A stretch of DNA of 64,000 bases, taken from the NCBI GenBank assembly GCA_977030845.1, contig OZ365118.1:4216001-4280000 (forward strand), given 5' to 3'. Below the pieces are notes generated by a model that had not been told where the DNA came from, made no database searches, and worked only from the letters and a program-made list of their open reading frames with translations. The position numbers were made by a program, and so were the translations under genes. Below, piece by piece: positions 1-14,500 of this stretch (position 1 is the stretch's first letter; each line of letters opens with the position of its first letter). Source of the DNA: Fimbriosthenelais zetlandica (lineage: Eukaryota).

Positions 1-885
1 GATATGACTCACATGTTTATAGCTGTGAGGTCTGAAAATATCAAAGAAACTGTAGAAATAAGTTGTAATTTAATACCACTTCTACAGCTTTAACAGACCA
101 TATTCAGCTTTAATAGCTAGTCTATACTGCATCTAAACAGTCTATAAAGCAGATTTAATAGACTACATATAGTGGCGCTCTTATAGCCTATATACTGTAG
201 CTTTAATGGATCATATCAGAGAGACGTGGTGTAGTCTCTCTGATCATATGCAGCTTTAATAGCTGCACCATGCTGCCACCTGGTAGGCTAATGTGGAGTT
301 AGAGCGCATCTCCAGGTTCAACGCTCGCTCTACTGAATCTACCTCTAAACCCATACCCTCACTCCACTCTAACAGAGAGAGGAGTTAGTACAAGAATTAC
401 ATCCCTCTCTCTCAATCCATCTCATCATTATCTCTTCCCACCCGCACACTTTAATAATCCTGACACCTTAAAGCCACATACTAATACATGCCTCAGCCAC
501 TCCTGGTGCTTGGCCTCCTCCAGGGTGGCAAAAGTGAAGCCCATCCAGAGCGCATGCCAGAAGGGAGAGAGAGAGGAGAGCCAGGAGGAGGAGGTGGCTA
601 AACGTGCGCCGAAATGCGGGACTTGGAAAGAGCAGAGGGAGTAAGAGAGTAAGAGGCTGAGAGGATTACAGTTCATATAAGACAGGTTTACCATGAGGAG
701 GAAATATACAGGTGTTAATAGATTAACATGTCCAGGTGTGTATGTGGAGGACCATACTACCTCATTAAGCCTCAAGGTGCAGGCCTGCTAAATACCTGAT
801 CCATGTGTGAACTACAACTCATATCATCATGGCATGTGTTTATCTCGGATTACCATGGATACCCACATAGATTCAAATATTACCT

Positions 886-958
886 ATCTACATAGGCTGA
901 GGTATCATCTACATAGGCTGTGAAGTATCATCTACATGTGAGGTATCATCTAAACATC
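886..958. repeat. Degenerate tandem repeat, ~3.5 units of 18-23 bp (atctacataggctgaggtatc)
   Basis: Units seen directly at 886, 907, 930, 948. Confidence 0.75.
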
Positions 959-2766
959 ATACAAACATCAGTGGAGATTATTTGGGATTATTATTCAAGA
1001 GCTAAGAAAGGGGTTTCTATTCGCTGCAAAGCTGTACAGGAATTCTAGGGTGAGTGGGCATTCTTGATACATTTTCTAAGAGTATGTTTGTAAACTGTTT
1101 GTTGAGGAGGAGTTCTCCTTGTCTTTTTCTACTTTTTCTGTTGAATAGGGAGTTAGATGGCGAGGTAATAGGATCAGATTTAAAGGTAGTAGACTCTGTG
1201 GAAGGGGATATTTTTTGTAATGTGTCACAGGCAACTTCCTTCTGAACCGTGGAGGAATGTAACTGTACATTGAACAGTAGCTCTCTCATACCTGAGGCAG
1301 TGGAACACTTTACAAGAAGGCCGAGGCCTGGCGACTATATTCTGAATTTGCCTCATGATTTGGCTGATTTTTCAATTATTCACGACACAAATATACAATT
1401 CTGAAATATCATATGCCAGAATTGGTTGTGTATTTTCATGTTGGATTTATAGCAGCTTGTTGCTATACAATAGATAAACCCGGTGAATTATAAAGACGAG
1501 TCTGAGTACTATATGTGAGACTCATGTCGTGAGAGGTTCACCTTTCAGTGAGCAGCTCACAAAGGTAGAGCATAACAGTCGTCATGAAGAGTGAAAAAAC
1601 GATAGAAGATGAGCGAACATCGCTAAATGCTCCATGTGTGACCAGTCAACATTCATTATTAAATACACCATAATCCAAGACCTCAATATCTCCACTTTTC
1701 ATGAAGTGTTGCACATATTGGCGGCAATATTTCTATTGTAAACAAGAATAAAAAGCAGCTGTTGCCAGCTTTATAATAAATGACATGTGAATGGTGTACT
1801 TTGGAAGCAGCTATAATCTGTACCAACGTGTGTTCAGAGCAGCACATCAAGGGCTTGGCATACTGAGCTTATGGTTTTTATTCTGTATTCATGATGGCGC
1901 AAAGTATAAGACAGCAGCATGTACATGTAGGTACTGTGATGGTAGTAGATCTACCCCGCCCATGTAAAACACAACAAAACATCTACTAAACATACAGTGG
2001 TGTGTAGCTATTTGTACATTCAGCAGAACCTGGTCATTTTATTGTTTTTGTTATTATTTTCCTAAATCGTATATGGTTCATAAATATACGAGACACTGCA
2101 ACTCATAAAAATGGAGGCACTATACAAATATTAAAGGGACTAAACATGTACAGAATTCTGGTATGCGGGTAGGTAGATACCTTGATATTTTTTCGTGGAA
2201 CAAAAATATAATTTAATCACAAGCATGTACTAGATACAGTTGATTTATGACCCATCGTGAGGCACTGAATATATAATTATAATTATCTATAATTATAGAT
2301 AAGTATGCCTGGGGAATTAGCACAGTATAATCGAGCTTAACATAGCTTAGGATATGATCCAAATTATAGAAATATGTCACGGATATCAAGACAAATGAAA
2401 AGAGAGGCGCCCTGAGAAATCAAAAGTAATTATGTGTCTTATTAAGGGGGTAAATCATACGTCTGAAAGTGTGTTGGCACATAGTGGAACTAAATGTACC
2501 CATACTTGAGTACAAGATGAAAGGATGCAGACAATATGACAGAGTGGGTATAAGACAATACAGGAATGTCTTATGTCACGTGTATAATTATACAGGAATA
2601 CAGGAGACAGAGTAGATTTGTACTGACTAAACCGAGACTGTATGGACAGAAGAGAGAAGATGAAGAAGAGGGAGAGGTGAGAGAGTGGTATAGAGGTGCA
2701 CTGGTATGTAAGTAATGTACATCGACTGATGCCAGGAGCGACTCGGACATGACACTGATGAGGACG

Positions 2767-3061
2767 GTCACAACACTTACACCGGTATATTGACAGTCAC
2801 AACACATACACCGGTATATTGACAGTCACAACACTTACACCGGTATATTGACTGGTTCAGTCACAACACATACACCGGTATATTGACTGGTCAGTCACAA
2901 CACATACACCGGTATATTGACAGTCACAACACATACACCGGTATATTGACTGGTTCAGTCACAACACTTACACCGGTATATTGACTGGTTCAGTCACAAC
3001 ACATACACCGGTATATTGACTGGTCAGTCACAACACATACACCGGTATATTGACTGGTTCA
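2767..3061. repeat. Minisatellite, 9 units of 29/34/35 bp (gtcacaacac[a/t]tacaccggtatattgac[tggttc]a)
   Basis: Units start at 2767, 2796, 2825, 2860, 2894, 2923, 2958, 2993, 3027. Confidence 0.97.
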
Positions 3062-6000
3062 TCCAGCTGGTGGCTAGACCAGCCTCTCTATTGTCTATAT
3101 GGTCTCATTGTCTCTCAGACACATCAAAGCCCAGTGTTCTACAAGCCTGGAGCTGCCAGCTACCTGGTTAACGAACGATGCTGTAAGCTACATCTGTTAA
3201 AGTGCGAGTCAACCACACCCACAAACTCATAATCCACGAGATTATGCTCAATCCTTCACTCTCTAATGAGAGAATGGAGTACAGGTTGAATTTTGATTTC
3301 GCGGCCGAAGGCACAGAAACCCAAAACATGAAGCCCTAAGTCAATATGCTTTATACTCTTTAAAAGCTTTGATTTAGATTGTACCAAACCTATAAAACAA
3401 TTTCGGGTTCATATCAACAGTGAGTACTCAATTGGTTGGTGAGTGGGTGCACTATGGGATGTGGTAAATAGATATATAAGGGGTTGGAGTGTACTAACTC
3501 ACTTTTAAATTGGAAGTAAACTCAAGCAAACTAAAAGAAAAAGAAGACATAACTTGTCTTTTCACAATTTGATTCAAGGTTGAAGACTGGAGGGACTTAT
3601 ATAGAGAGATGCTATTACATAGAAGCTGGGTGGCTGGGGAGACTTATATATACAATATTAGAAGAGGATCCTGGGTGGGGAAACTTGTAGAGATGCTATT
3701 AGATAGACTGGGTGAAGAGACTAGATCCTCATGACACCTCATGACACGTGGTGTCAGATTCTCTCCCTGGTCTTCCTCAGTCAGGATCTAACAAACCAGC
3801 ACAGCTAAGACGGATTATAAAACAAGGCTAAAACAGCTCACAAGAAATCTGAGCAGGGAGGATCGACCAGGTTTTGGGTGGAAGAGTCTCCAGTGGAGAA
3901 GTCGGTAATGATCCGAGTATAAATAGTGATTCAAGGCTGAATAAAATCCAGCCGAGGCCAAATAACAAGATGTCACAATTGAGATTGGTGTATCTTCATT
4001 TGAAAACTCTCTCCTATCCATGCATAAATTGAGGTTAATTTTCATCGACCTTAATTATTCAAAGACATTTTGTCAATGATCCTACAATTGTTTCTCTTCA
4101 ATGAAGTCATTTCCACAAGTGGAAGGGTAGAGATCGGAATAGTCATAACTCAGCAAAACTCCATCATGTCTCCGAGGCATGGCTCCAAATGAGTCAATCT
4201 ACCCGGAGCAAAAGACAAAGACATATATGTGACAGACCAGCCAATAGGTCGACCTTTTTAATTGAGAAATTGTTTTCCCCATATAGTCATTTAGCTGATA
4301 TAATCAAGTCCTCGGGTAAATTGAGGCCTTAAGCGCAACGCTTCTGCTAGATAGATTCCTCACTTATATATCCAACAGGAGGAAAAATACTCAGACAATA
4401 GCAATGGTGGGTGCCTTCAGTGCAGGCCTGTGAATAAGCCCATTGTTCTATTGTTGATGTATGTACTTAGCAGCGAGTGAGAAGGGAAATTGAAAGCAGA
4501 GCTAGTGCTTTTATCCCGCATGCTTCACCTAACTAAACCATGGGAGGTATAGCTTCTCCACGATCATTATATAGGACGTATGAATTTATAATCACACGAG
4601 TATTATTAGAGACAATAGACGAGAATGACAGGCACAAGTGACGGTCAGATGAAATGGTATTAAGGTCATATCATCTATTACAAGATGGATATATGTGGAA
4701 GGCAGTACCAATGACTATCAGAACTTTCCCCCAATTTCTATACTACTATCAACTGTATCTACTGCCATTGATAGCGTATCAAAGCAACTAAAATAAATCA
4801 GAAATATGAATGAATATAATAATCCTTAATGATGAGCGTAGATATTACTTTTCCTTGCTCTTTGATGGTAGAATAGTCGGGATTAATGACTTCATGTATT
4901 TGACTTGAGCTGGAGATAAACGGCTTCGTCTAATTGCTGCTTGCTGGTCATGATTGAAGCCAGCTCTGAAGACGCTTTGTTCCTCAATTAGAGGACATCA
5001 AGATTAGTCCACACGTGATGGGGGAGACAGAGAGGACATCTATCAGCCTGCTATTATAACCATATGAGTGCACAAACCATGCACGACTCAAGACAGGGGA
5101 AGAAAACTTTACAATAGACATCAATGATGAGATATGGGAAGCCTACATGTACATGTACACATTAAGAGGACGTGTAAATCTAAGTGTATGCTCTCACCCA
5201 CTTTAAAGTGTGAAACTAAAGCGATGTAAAATTAAAGAGGTCCAGATAAAGAGAGAGTGGTGGCATGTCATCGTCTCTCTCGTTCTATCAGGGAAGGGTA
5301 AGTAGTTGGACTTTGGGATGGGCGGGAAGGAGAGGAGTGGCTTACTGGAAGCCACGTGGCTTGTAGAGTGGCTTCTGGCCTCAGTGGTCGGCCTATCTGT
5401 CCATGTCACCACCCAGACCCTCCCGCTTATCAGTCAGAGATAGCTGGCGCTCCTACCCACCACCGACCTCAACCACTTACTCCGCAAAAAGTTATTGAAA
5501 AACCTTTATCTTAGTGTTTGTATAGAGCGGGTGCCTATAGTGCACATGGCCAGCTTAGGTCAGAGCTCTCCATCAAGAATGGCTGGGGAAATAATGGAAA
5601 CAGACTCAGTCTAAAAGCAATGTTTAATTCTCCTACCATACCCTACAGAATAGTTCCCCCTATAGAAAACGCACTGAAAAATCCAATTCAATGTTCCATC
5701 AAAGAGTTCACTAATTTCATTTTGTTTAAGTACATTTCTCTCTCAATTTATGAGCACATATTTTTAGTCAGAGCTCTGGACAAATGGTTGTGCAAGCTAG
5801 AATATAAAAACTTGCACTAAACCGCTTAGTAAGAGAATGGGTCAAATGCAGCAGGCCAGAAGCCAAAGCAATAATAATTCACAAAGAGAAACATCGATTT
5901 TGGCAGTATTAACGGCGGAGGAAGGAGCCTGAATTCAGAAGTGAAACTAAAAAAATTGATTACATCCACAGTCTGTTAAAGAAATGAATGAGAGGAGCTT

Positions 6001-9000
6001 TCTCTCTTCTTGCCATCCACGCAATTATGAGAACTAAACTGGTGATCAATTCCTAATCATTAACGTTTGGTGGAGGAGAAATAAAAGTGAATTCATATTT
6101 CATGTAAGAATGGGAGAACATGGGTCGGTAAAAAGTGGCATGCACTGAAACAGAAACGCTCCTTTAGAACATTTTGTTTCGCGAAAGAATCGCAACTACT
6201 ATCTCCTGATTTGGTGAGCAACTCAGGTGCTCCCATTCACATTTAGTTTCGTGGTATATTTAATGGTAGATTTGATATATGTGGATCAGGGGAGAATATG
6301 GAAAGATACGCTGTTGATGGAGGGCTAGAGGGAAAGGACAGTGAGGCAAATCAAACACGGAGGAAATAATAATAGTGTGAACTAGAAAAATGGGAGAAAG
6401 AAAGAGCAGAGGAAGAAGGGAGGTGAGAAAAAAATGAGGATGAGGAGTTGAAAGGGAATAAGTAATGGAAAAAAGAAGAAGAGAAATGAAGACTGATTCA
6501 GCCAGGGACATGAGGACAAAATAAGGCAAGCATGAAGCGTCGGACGCAAGTGTCGGAAAATCCATCCCTCCCGCGCGTCTGACGTAATCAATGAGGACTA
6601 TTGATGGTACACTTTGTCTCAAACCCGCAGGAAATATTAGAGATCAGTCTTAGTGCTGTAAAGATGATCTATTATTTACCGGTATTCCACATGACAGCTT
6701 CTGGTGCAGCAGCAGGCAGTCATCCATACATAATACTCTATATCTAACAGTATCATAACCATCATCACACTGTCTATGTGTGATACTGTTATTATCCTAG
6801 ATATCAGCAGGTGTTAAGGTAATGTAGTTATGTAGATTATAGAGAGATGTGGTGTGAAGGACTGGGGTGAGAACAAGCAGGTATAGAGAGTGTCATGAAC
6901 TAATGATCGGGGATAATTAACAGGTCATTAACGAACCATTCATTATAATATGATGAATGACAGCCCCCTGATCTCTGTGCTCATTCTATGTCACGGATAT
7001 ATCTCACTATAGACGGGAGCTGGTGTTAAAACATAGCATTAGTCTAGTACACAGATTATGGATTATGGACGAGCTTTGGGCTTTCAGTTTGGATTATATC
7101 ATCTCCGGTCTATATGTTAAAATGCAAATATACTTGGCTGGGAATATCACTAAATAGCTCAATCTGCTACTAAATTGTGGACATCAGGTTTGACTGTGTG
7201 ATATATATGTATCACTGTATAATAAGACATATGTCAAGACATTCACTATACAATAAGCTGCTATCATCTTCCTCACAAGGCTTATAAGTAACTTTAGGAC
7301 AAGTATATGTATTCTGCATATGGCATATAGGTTGTATTTATACTAGAGAGAATCAGGAAGAAATGTGTCATGGGTAACTCAAGCTCTATATGGAGGTGTG
7401 AAGCCTGTGAGATATGTAGCTGTCTTATACTACTTGCCCCCTCCCCCCTCCCCCCTCCCCCTGCCCCCAAGTTTGATTCATATCACTGTCCCGCTAACCA
7501 CTTGACTCTTGGACCTACGGACAGAGCCAAGTCTATAACGAGCAGGTAAGGTTTTAGATCCATATCAAGATGGCAACTTCCACCATCAATATTATATAGG
7601 AGGAACTATATACGAGAACTTAGTGGCCATCTATCAAAATCATAACGTAGTATGTTTTGACTTTCATTCGGTTTTCTGAAACTGAGCAAATGAATGATGC
7701 AATAAAATGATGAAGATGTAATAGTGTTTTAAGACAAAGTTAAAGTTTCTCCAGTAGATCCAGCATGTGGAGTTAAGACCGGAAGTGGAGTAGATAATGC
7801 GCAGGCGCACAATGTGTGTGGGTGTGGCCTGCAGGGGGAGCTGATCTGATAACAGCATTATATACAGGGCTTATCGCCATGTGTTCTACGAGGTGTTCTT
7901 CCTGTAATTGTATCATTCAGCAATATGTAGGAATTATATACCTGGACTGACGATCACAAAACTTTAACAATATACATTATACATCCATGTATAAAATTAA
8001 TGTATTCATTTAAATATTTGTTTGACCAACAGACGGCATACAATGGCCAGCCCTACTAGAACATCGGCAACTGCAATTGGTTCTCTTACATGCCTTTGAT
8101 ATCCCAGTTACCAGCACTGGGTCGAGTAGGACAATTTCAGATTTGGAGAATATTGGGAATTGAACCCATACTGTTATACATGCATATAAGCCAGCCCGGT
8201 TGCCGGGAGCCAGTGGAGATGGAGGAGCTGGTAGCCAGCTTAATTAGCCGCATTGTTTGAGTTAATGATGAGCTTCTGTGAGCAGGTCAAACTGTCACCA
8301 GATGATGAAGACCTCGCCTTAAACCAGAGCTACAAACTACAGAGCTGAAAGTCAGGAAGTCAGTGGAGGGAGATGATGGCTACTGTTGACAGGCATTTAA
8401 CATGGTGCTTTATAAGCCTGGATGAGAGGGGGCAGGGGCTGGAGCCTCTCACTTAGTACCCCCCCCCCCCCCCCCACCCCCACCCCCTCTATAAATATCT
8501 CCCTCTAAAGCTCACCACCGTCCTCTGGTCATGAAATAAATCACTTTTTGTCTGGAAGCAGAGATCACAAAGCTAACAGGGACTTTAGGACGCAGTATTG
8601 TTGGTTTGGGGCCATTTTTGTTCCGGCTTTTAAGCCATATTGAAAGATATGGGACTGAGAGGTTGGAGGGGATGGGGAATTAAGCTCATGTTCAGAACAA
8701 ATGAGTACCGGACTAAATGTTGCGGAAACCCCAGCCGATAAGAATAGGCATAATGGAGAGGGCAAACACAAATAAAGGCACAGATGGATGGCGGTGGAAT
8801 GGGACATTTTATACAATCATGAGCCAATTATGGAGGCATGTCCCAATTATAGGTATCCGGTGAACGAGTTATGCATGGAAATTGTGGGTATTTTTCATAC
8901 AAAGGTAAAGATTGAACTTTGTGGGGACATATCTCATTCAGGGACATGTGGCCTCGACCCAAGTCCGTCCGATCGTTCAGAAAGTTCGTCCTGAGATCGT

Positions 9001-11010
9001 CTGACAGAGCAGCTGGCTGGCCTTTGAATCTTGAGGCTGACTGAGCGCTCCTATCAGAACAACGGGAATAAGGTCCCCAACCCAGGCCATGTCAGCCCCG
9101 TCATCAGTCACTCCGGACATCAGCCATTCCTTTAAAAATCCTCCTCCATTTGTTACCATGTACCGACATGGACAAAGAGGTCTACTGACTGATTCAGTGG
9201 TTTGTGTGAGAATAGAGACAGGCGGGGAGAGATGGTGAGTGAGGAGGGAAATACTGAGACAAAGGAGATGAAAGAGATGTAAGTAGGGAACAATACAAGT
9301 ACAGGAATTGGTGGCTGGTGATTCATACTCTATGGTAGTGAGGGGAGGTAATAGGACCATTAGGTAAGGAAGTCATCAAGCAGGGAAACCAGGAGGTCAG
9401 GAGGTTCAAAATTGGAAGCCAATATGTACATGTATGGTGGCATAGACATATTGAAGTTAATGTTAATGTTAACATAGCTTCATAGAAGTGGCTTACATTG
9501 AACACCCGAACCCAAAACAGGGACTTGTAATTCTGTAGAAAGAGTGGGTTTATTTCTGCATGCACAGTGATGCCTGTAAGGCTATAGTTTATGTATATTA
9601 AATGTATCTGACACAGTTCTGAAATCACGCCATCTTCTCATTCTGTTGAAAGACTCAACTTGTTCTTTACTTCTTGAGGAATGGAATACGTCAAGATTTG
9701 GTTGCATGAGGAAAGGATAGTTTCGGTTGCAATATAGTCCGTATGAGAGATTGGAAGTTTATTTAGTGAGTCTCGAAAGTCTCGAAAGTGAGTCTGAAAA
9801 GTTTTTCAAGAGGAAACGCAGTAAATACCTACATTGATATCACGGTTACTCAACCCCATAAAGTATCAGAGTACGCGAGGAAAAACATCCTCTGCTATCT
9901 GGAAGTCATTCATCAGTAGGTGCGAAAACAGCCTGGAGTTCTCCCTCTACCATTCCCTCACCACCCCCCCCCCCCCCCCCTGAGTTACACCTGAATGAGT
10001 GGGACAGACTACTTGATGAGTAATCACTGCTTCCTCCCACGCCAATATATACCATTATATCATCAACCTTATGTAAACATAACATTTTCATTTCCTCCCT
10101 TATGTCATTTTTCTGCTAAGAGAACCATGTTTTATTGCCTCACCTGGTTACAAAACTTAAAATGTCCTGATGCGTATTCAGTGAATTACTACCCACTCAT
10201 TTTATGTCATTTTCCGCAGACAATCGTATCATAATTGTGTACTCAATTTCGCAGAAATTTGAGTTTTCTGACGTCAATTATGACCTGTCATTTAAAAGTC
10301 AATAAAACAGATGACGAAAATGAACACTTACATGGAAGTACAATTACACCAGCGAAAACATTTGGTGAGATGTAAAACACTTATGGAGACATAATGGTGT
10401 GTAAAACATAGAGTAGTAATCAAGGTTTTCAGTACCCACAAGACAGTATAGGCTGAGTCAGAGGGAGGAGTGGTAGAGGTAGGTATATAGACCTCTATAG
10501 GCACACCTGGAGCAGCTCCCATCACAACCAATACACAGGAGGAGTAGCTCACCCAGCTTCCCGCTCCGCCGACAGGTGGCAGGTCTGTCACGGCATGAAG
10601 GGCGGTCCACGTGGGGTCCAGGCAGTAAAGGGTCTACAGTCTATACCAACAACAGCTCATTAAAGGCTCTGTACATTAAACATATTCACACTAAACTGAA
10701 CACAGTGTGTCAGAGAGTATAAAGAACCCTTAACCCATATACTCTCATTAAGTCTTGGTCAGGGCCGGTTAACAATAGTAAATCATGGTGAAGCTGACAC
10801 TTAAACCCATACAAGTCAGAGACAGGACTGTTAGATTGGCTCATACAGCCTTGAATTGAGCACCAATGGTACAGTGGTAAGATGTAGGCAAACATTGTAA
10901 CCCACAACCCTCAATACACACGGTGTCTAAATATAAACAATGAGGCTGGATCTGCTCCACCTCATCCCCCAGGTGGTTATTCTGTCCTGGGATGAGAAGC
11001 TCCTAGCAGT

Positions 11011-11335
11011 GAGCAAGTCATTGCGATGGACAAGTCATTGCACTGGTCAGCCATTGCAATGGGTAGCCATTGCAATCAACAGCTTATTGAAGTGATGAAA
11101 TACGTCATAGCATTGGACAGCTCATTGCGATGGACAGCTAATTGCAATGAGCAAGTTGCTGGAATGAGCAAGTTGCTGGAATGAGCAAGTTGCTGGAATG
11201 AGCAAGTTGCTGGAATGAGCAAGTTGCTGGAATGAGCAAGTTGCTGGAATGAGCAAGTTGCTGGAATGAGCAAGTTGCTGGAATGAGCAAGTTGCTGGAA
11301 TGAGCAAGTTGCTGGAATGAGCAGGTCGCTGGGAT
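11011..11335. repeat. 17-bp minisatellite: diverged units 11011-11148, then 10 perfect copies of gagcaagttgctggaat plus 1 diverged copy
   Basis: Perfect units start at 11149 with 17-bp period through 11318. Confidence 0.97.
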
Positions 11336-11427
11336 GGCCATTTCGCCTGGCTGAGCTGCTCATTGAGGGGCAGTGAGTGGTTCATACAGCTCGGTCCATC
11401 CACCATCCACCAAGGTGTGAGTCAGCA

Positions 11428-11511
11428 GGTGGTAGAGTAGCTCACCCTGGTGGTAGAGTAGCTCACCCTGGTGGTAGAGTAGCTCACCCTGGTGGTAGAG
11501 TAGCTCACCCT
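11428..11511. repeat. Minisatellite, 4 x 21 bp (ggtggtagagtagctcaccct)
   Basis: Four identical units seen directly. Confidence 0.97.
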
Positions 11512-14500
11512 AGTCTGGAGTAACTCTGTCTGTGAGAGGAGCACCTCACCTACTTCACCTGGCCTTCACATACCTATATCTACCTATACAGCATTACCTT
11601 CCATGAGTACACTCCCCGACACCTGGTGTTCACACATGGCCAGGCTCAGTTAGATACACTGTCCGGGACCATGGTTGGCACAGAGTATAGCTAACATTCA
11701 TGGCTGAACTGAAGCTATAATTATATTAACGCCGTCTTTATTCTGATATTTGATTAAAGTGGAAATGCTTATCAAATTTAAGCTGAGCAGATGTGTTTAG
11801 AAAGGAATGAGACGATGGCGTTTCAACCTATTCAACAATGGAGAATGGCAGAGCATGTGCCGAGTATTGAATTCACTGACTTAGGTTAACAAAACTCATG
11901 TCTTCACAGCCAGAATGTGTCTGTTGCAATCTGCGTTCTTAAAACTCTAATCCATACATCCCGCTAGTTGGAGAGATGGGGAATTTTTCTTTCCACGTTT
12001 GTGTCGGTAGAATAGACGTACTGCTGCAGACTGGCACTGCCGTGCTTTGTTCAGTAGAAGAGGGAAATAGCGGGAGAAAATAATGTTTCCCTACGCATCA
12101 GTTCGTCTTTCACTGCACGGATGTAAAGGCAATGAGGTCTAGGAAAGAATAGTTCAGTTTGACTGCTGACTGACTCCCCTTAAGGGATAAAGGCTCAATG
12201 CATTGTTTGGCGGGAGGAACAGCAAATTGGGGAGATGGGGGGAGAGGGGCGGGAAGAGGAAGGGGGAGGGGAGGGGAAGAAGGGGGAGGGAAGGGGAAGG
12301 AGGGCAATGGCAGGAAGAAAGGTCGTAGTTGAGATGGTGGAGTGGGGAGGACGGGAAGAGATACTAAGAAAGAGAAAAGAAGGAAGAGAAATGAGGATAA
12401 GAGAAGTATGAAGATGAAATAGGTGCAGGAGAATCGTATATTGAGTATATTGAGTGTATATTGAGGCGGTGGGAAATGACAAACGTAAGATCAAAGCGAA
12501 CTAACTCAGTGATGAGTGAACTAATGTAGAAGCTTACACAAGTCTTCATCTCCCGCTAATATCCCGAGTAAAGGAGCTAAAAGATGAACTGACAGGAATA
12601 GTCAGTATCAGCATCTAGCATGGGTTACTTCTCCATGCCCACCTTGAGTGCATTCAATGCCTGAGTAGCAGCGACCTCATAGATGAACATTCCTACTGAG
12701 ATATATGTCTCCAGGAGCGGCTCTTAAACATAGTGAGAGCGGTGGATGAGGGCATAAAGTAGATGATGTAAGCTACTGAAACATGCTCCAAGTTAACATA
12801 GATCAGACACGGAGAAGTATTCAGATCAGCCTAACATACCTGCTCCTTTGAGAATGAGATGAAAGGGTATTTTCTATAATGAGTAAGTCCTGCGGAGAAA
12901 ATAATAGTATGTGGATATTTATTATTCCCTAAGCGGCAATTATTGGAAATACAAAAGCAAAATGTTATTCTGACATTCTTATGTGAGATAGAGCTAATGG
13001 AGATGGTCGGTTGCCTGATTGAGATAGCATGTTAATATAGAATTGAGCTGAATATGATATAAATCTAAATGACAGGGAGGATAGGGCCATATGTTATCTT
13101 TAATAGCTTCACTCAGACTCTCAGTACTCATGATCAAAGCTATAGATGTTTTAAAGACTCAGTTAATGGCCTTTTGTCAGCCAAAGCCTGTCATTTCAGC
13201 AACAATTATTAAAGCATTTTTGCCTCGCCTGCTGAAAGTTGTTTGATGTTAGTGAGAAAATGTCATTTCCCGTGACAAGTGGTGGTTGCTGGTGGGTGAG
13301 GGAATGACCCAATGATACCACATGTTACAATCACACGCCCAAGTCGGGGGTGGGGGGGGGGGAGGGCGGGGGGGGGGGGTAATGTTACTACCAACATTAC
13401 GGTCCCATCTCTCTGTATCTTCTCTCAGAAAATCATTACCAGCCCAGCGAGCAGTTCTGAACCTTCACTGAACAACCATCTTCAAAATCATAGGGTTTTA
13501 TGTTCGGGGTGTGAGATTTACATTTAGCTGTCAATTATTTAATTAAAGCCTTGAAAAGATTAGTACATTTTTCCTTTTCAATGAACAGTCATTTCTGTGG
13601 GTTCCTCTGAAATTCACCCACAAAATCCACGTTTCCCAAATACTTCTCATGTCCTAGCTAAAATGGAATCCCTCTGGGTTTTCCTTCGTTTCTTTCCACC
13701 TAGTTCTCCTTGCTTTCCCTTCGTTTTTCCAATGCAAATCAAAGCAGGTCTGTAAGTGTGAGGTATTAAGCGAAATAATCAAATTGGGATGGGATTTAAT
13801 CAGGCTAATGGTAAAGACAGTTCAATAAGGAACCACTGACCCACACTCTATAGTAAGACCATACATGTACGGTGTATACTGACCATTCATGCATCTTACA
13901 CCCTCAGCCTCCACACAGACATGTCTTAAAGCAGTAGACTGGTAGCTACTGGACCTTGGTCAGTCACTGGTCATCTAAACATTGGCTACATATATATATA
14001 TATAAAGCAGCAGACTGGACACTAACATCCCCCACATGTCCACTGAGTGCAGTCAAGGAGGGAGACCTGGTGGTCAGTGGCTGGATTAGTGGTCAGATCA
14101 GACAGATTATCCCTTAATCCTGGTCAATAATGTGTCTGACATGGCCGGGACTAACATGGTATGGAAATGGGGACAAATATGCGGTAAATACCCGGTTACA
14201 CGGAGCTTAAAGTGGCAGTCAAATGGCCCAGTGATATACCACTAGAATGGCTCTACGTTTAGCATTAGAACATCCATATATAGTGTTGTTAGGAAAAGCC
14301 ATTAACTGGGGTAAAAACTAGTTGAATACGGCTTGATTTTACAAACTGATCGAGATATGTTATCTGTCACATATCATTTGTGACGTACTATTCCAATAAA
14401 TGTAATGTAAATGGGGACTAGGATCGTAATAATATCAGATACAAACGTCATGTCTGATATGCCTGCATCTAGGAGATATATATATATATGACATATCACC

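Noticed and set aside
2767-3061. CRISPR-like array
   Set aside because: No unique spacers; units are contiguous variants, and the context is a spliced eukaryotic genome.
5349-5362. 14-bp perfect palindrome aagccacgtggctt with E-box
   Set aside because: About four such palindromes are expected by chance in 64 kb.
11076-11406. Three overlapping repetitive ORFs (LLIPATCSFQQLAHSSN)n
   Set aside because: Artefact of a stop-free 17-bp minisatellite read in all frames.
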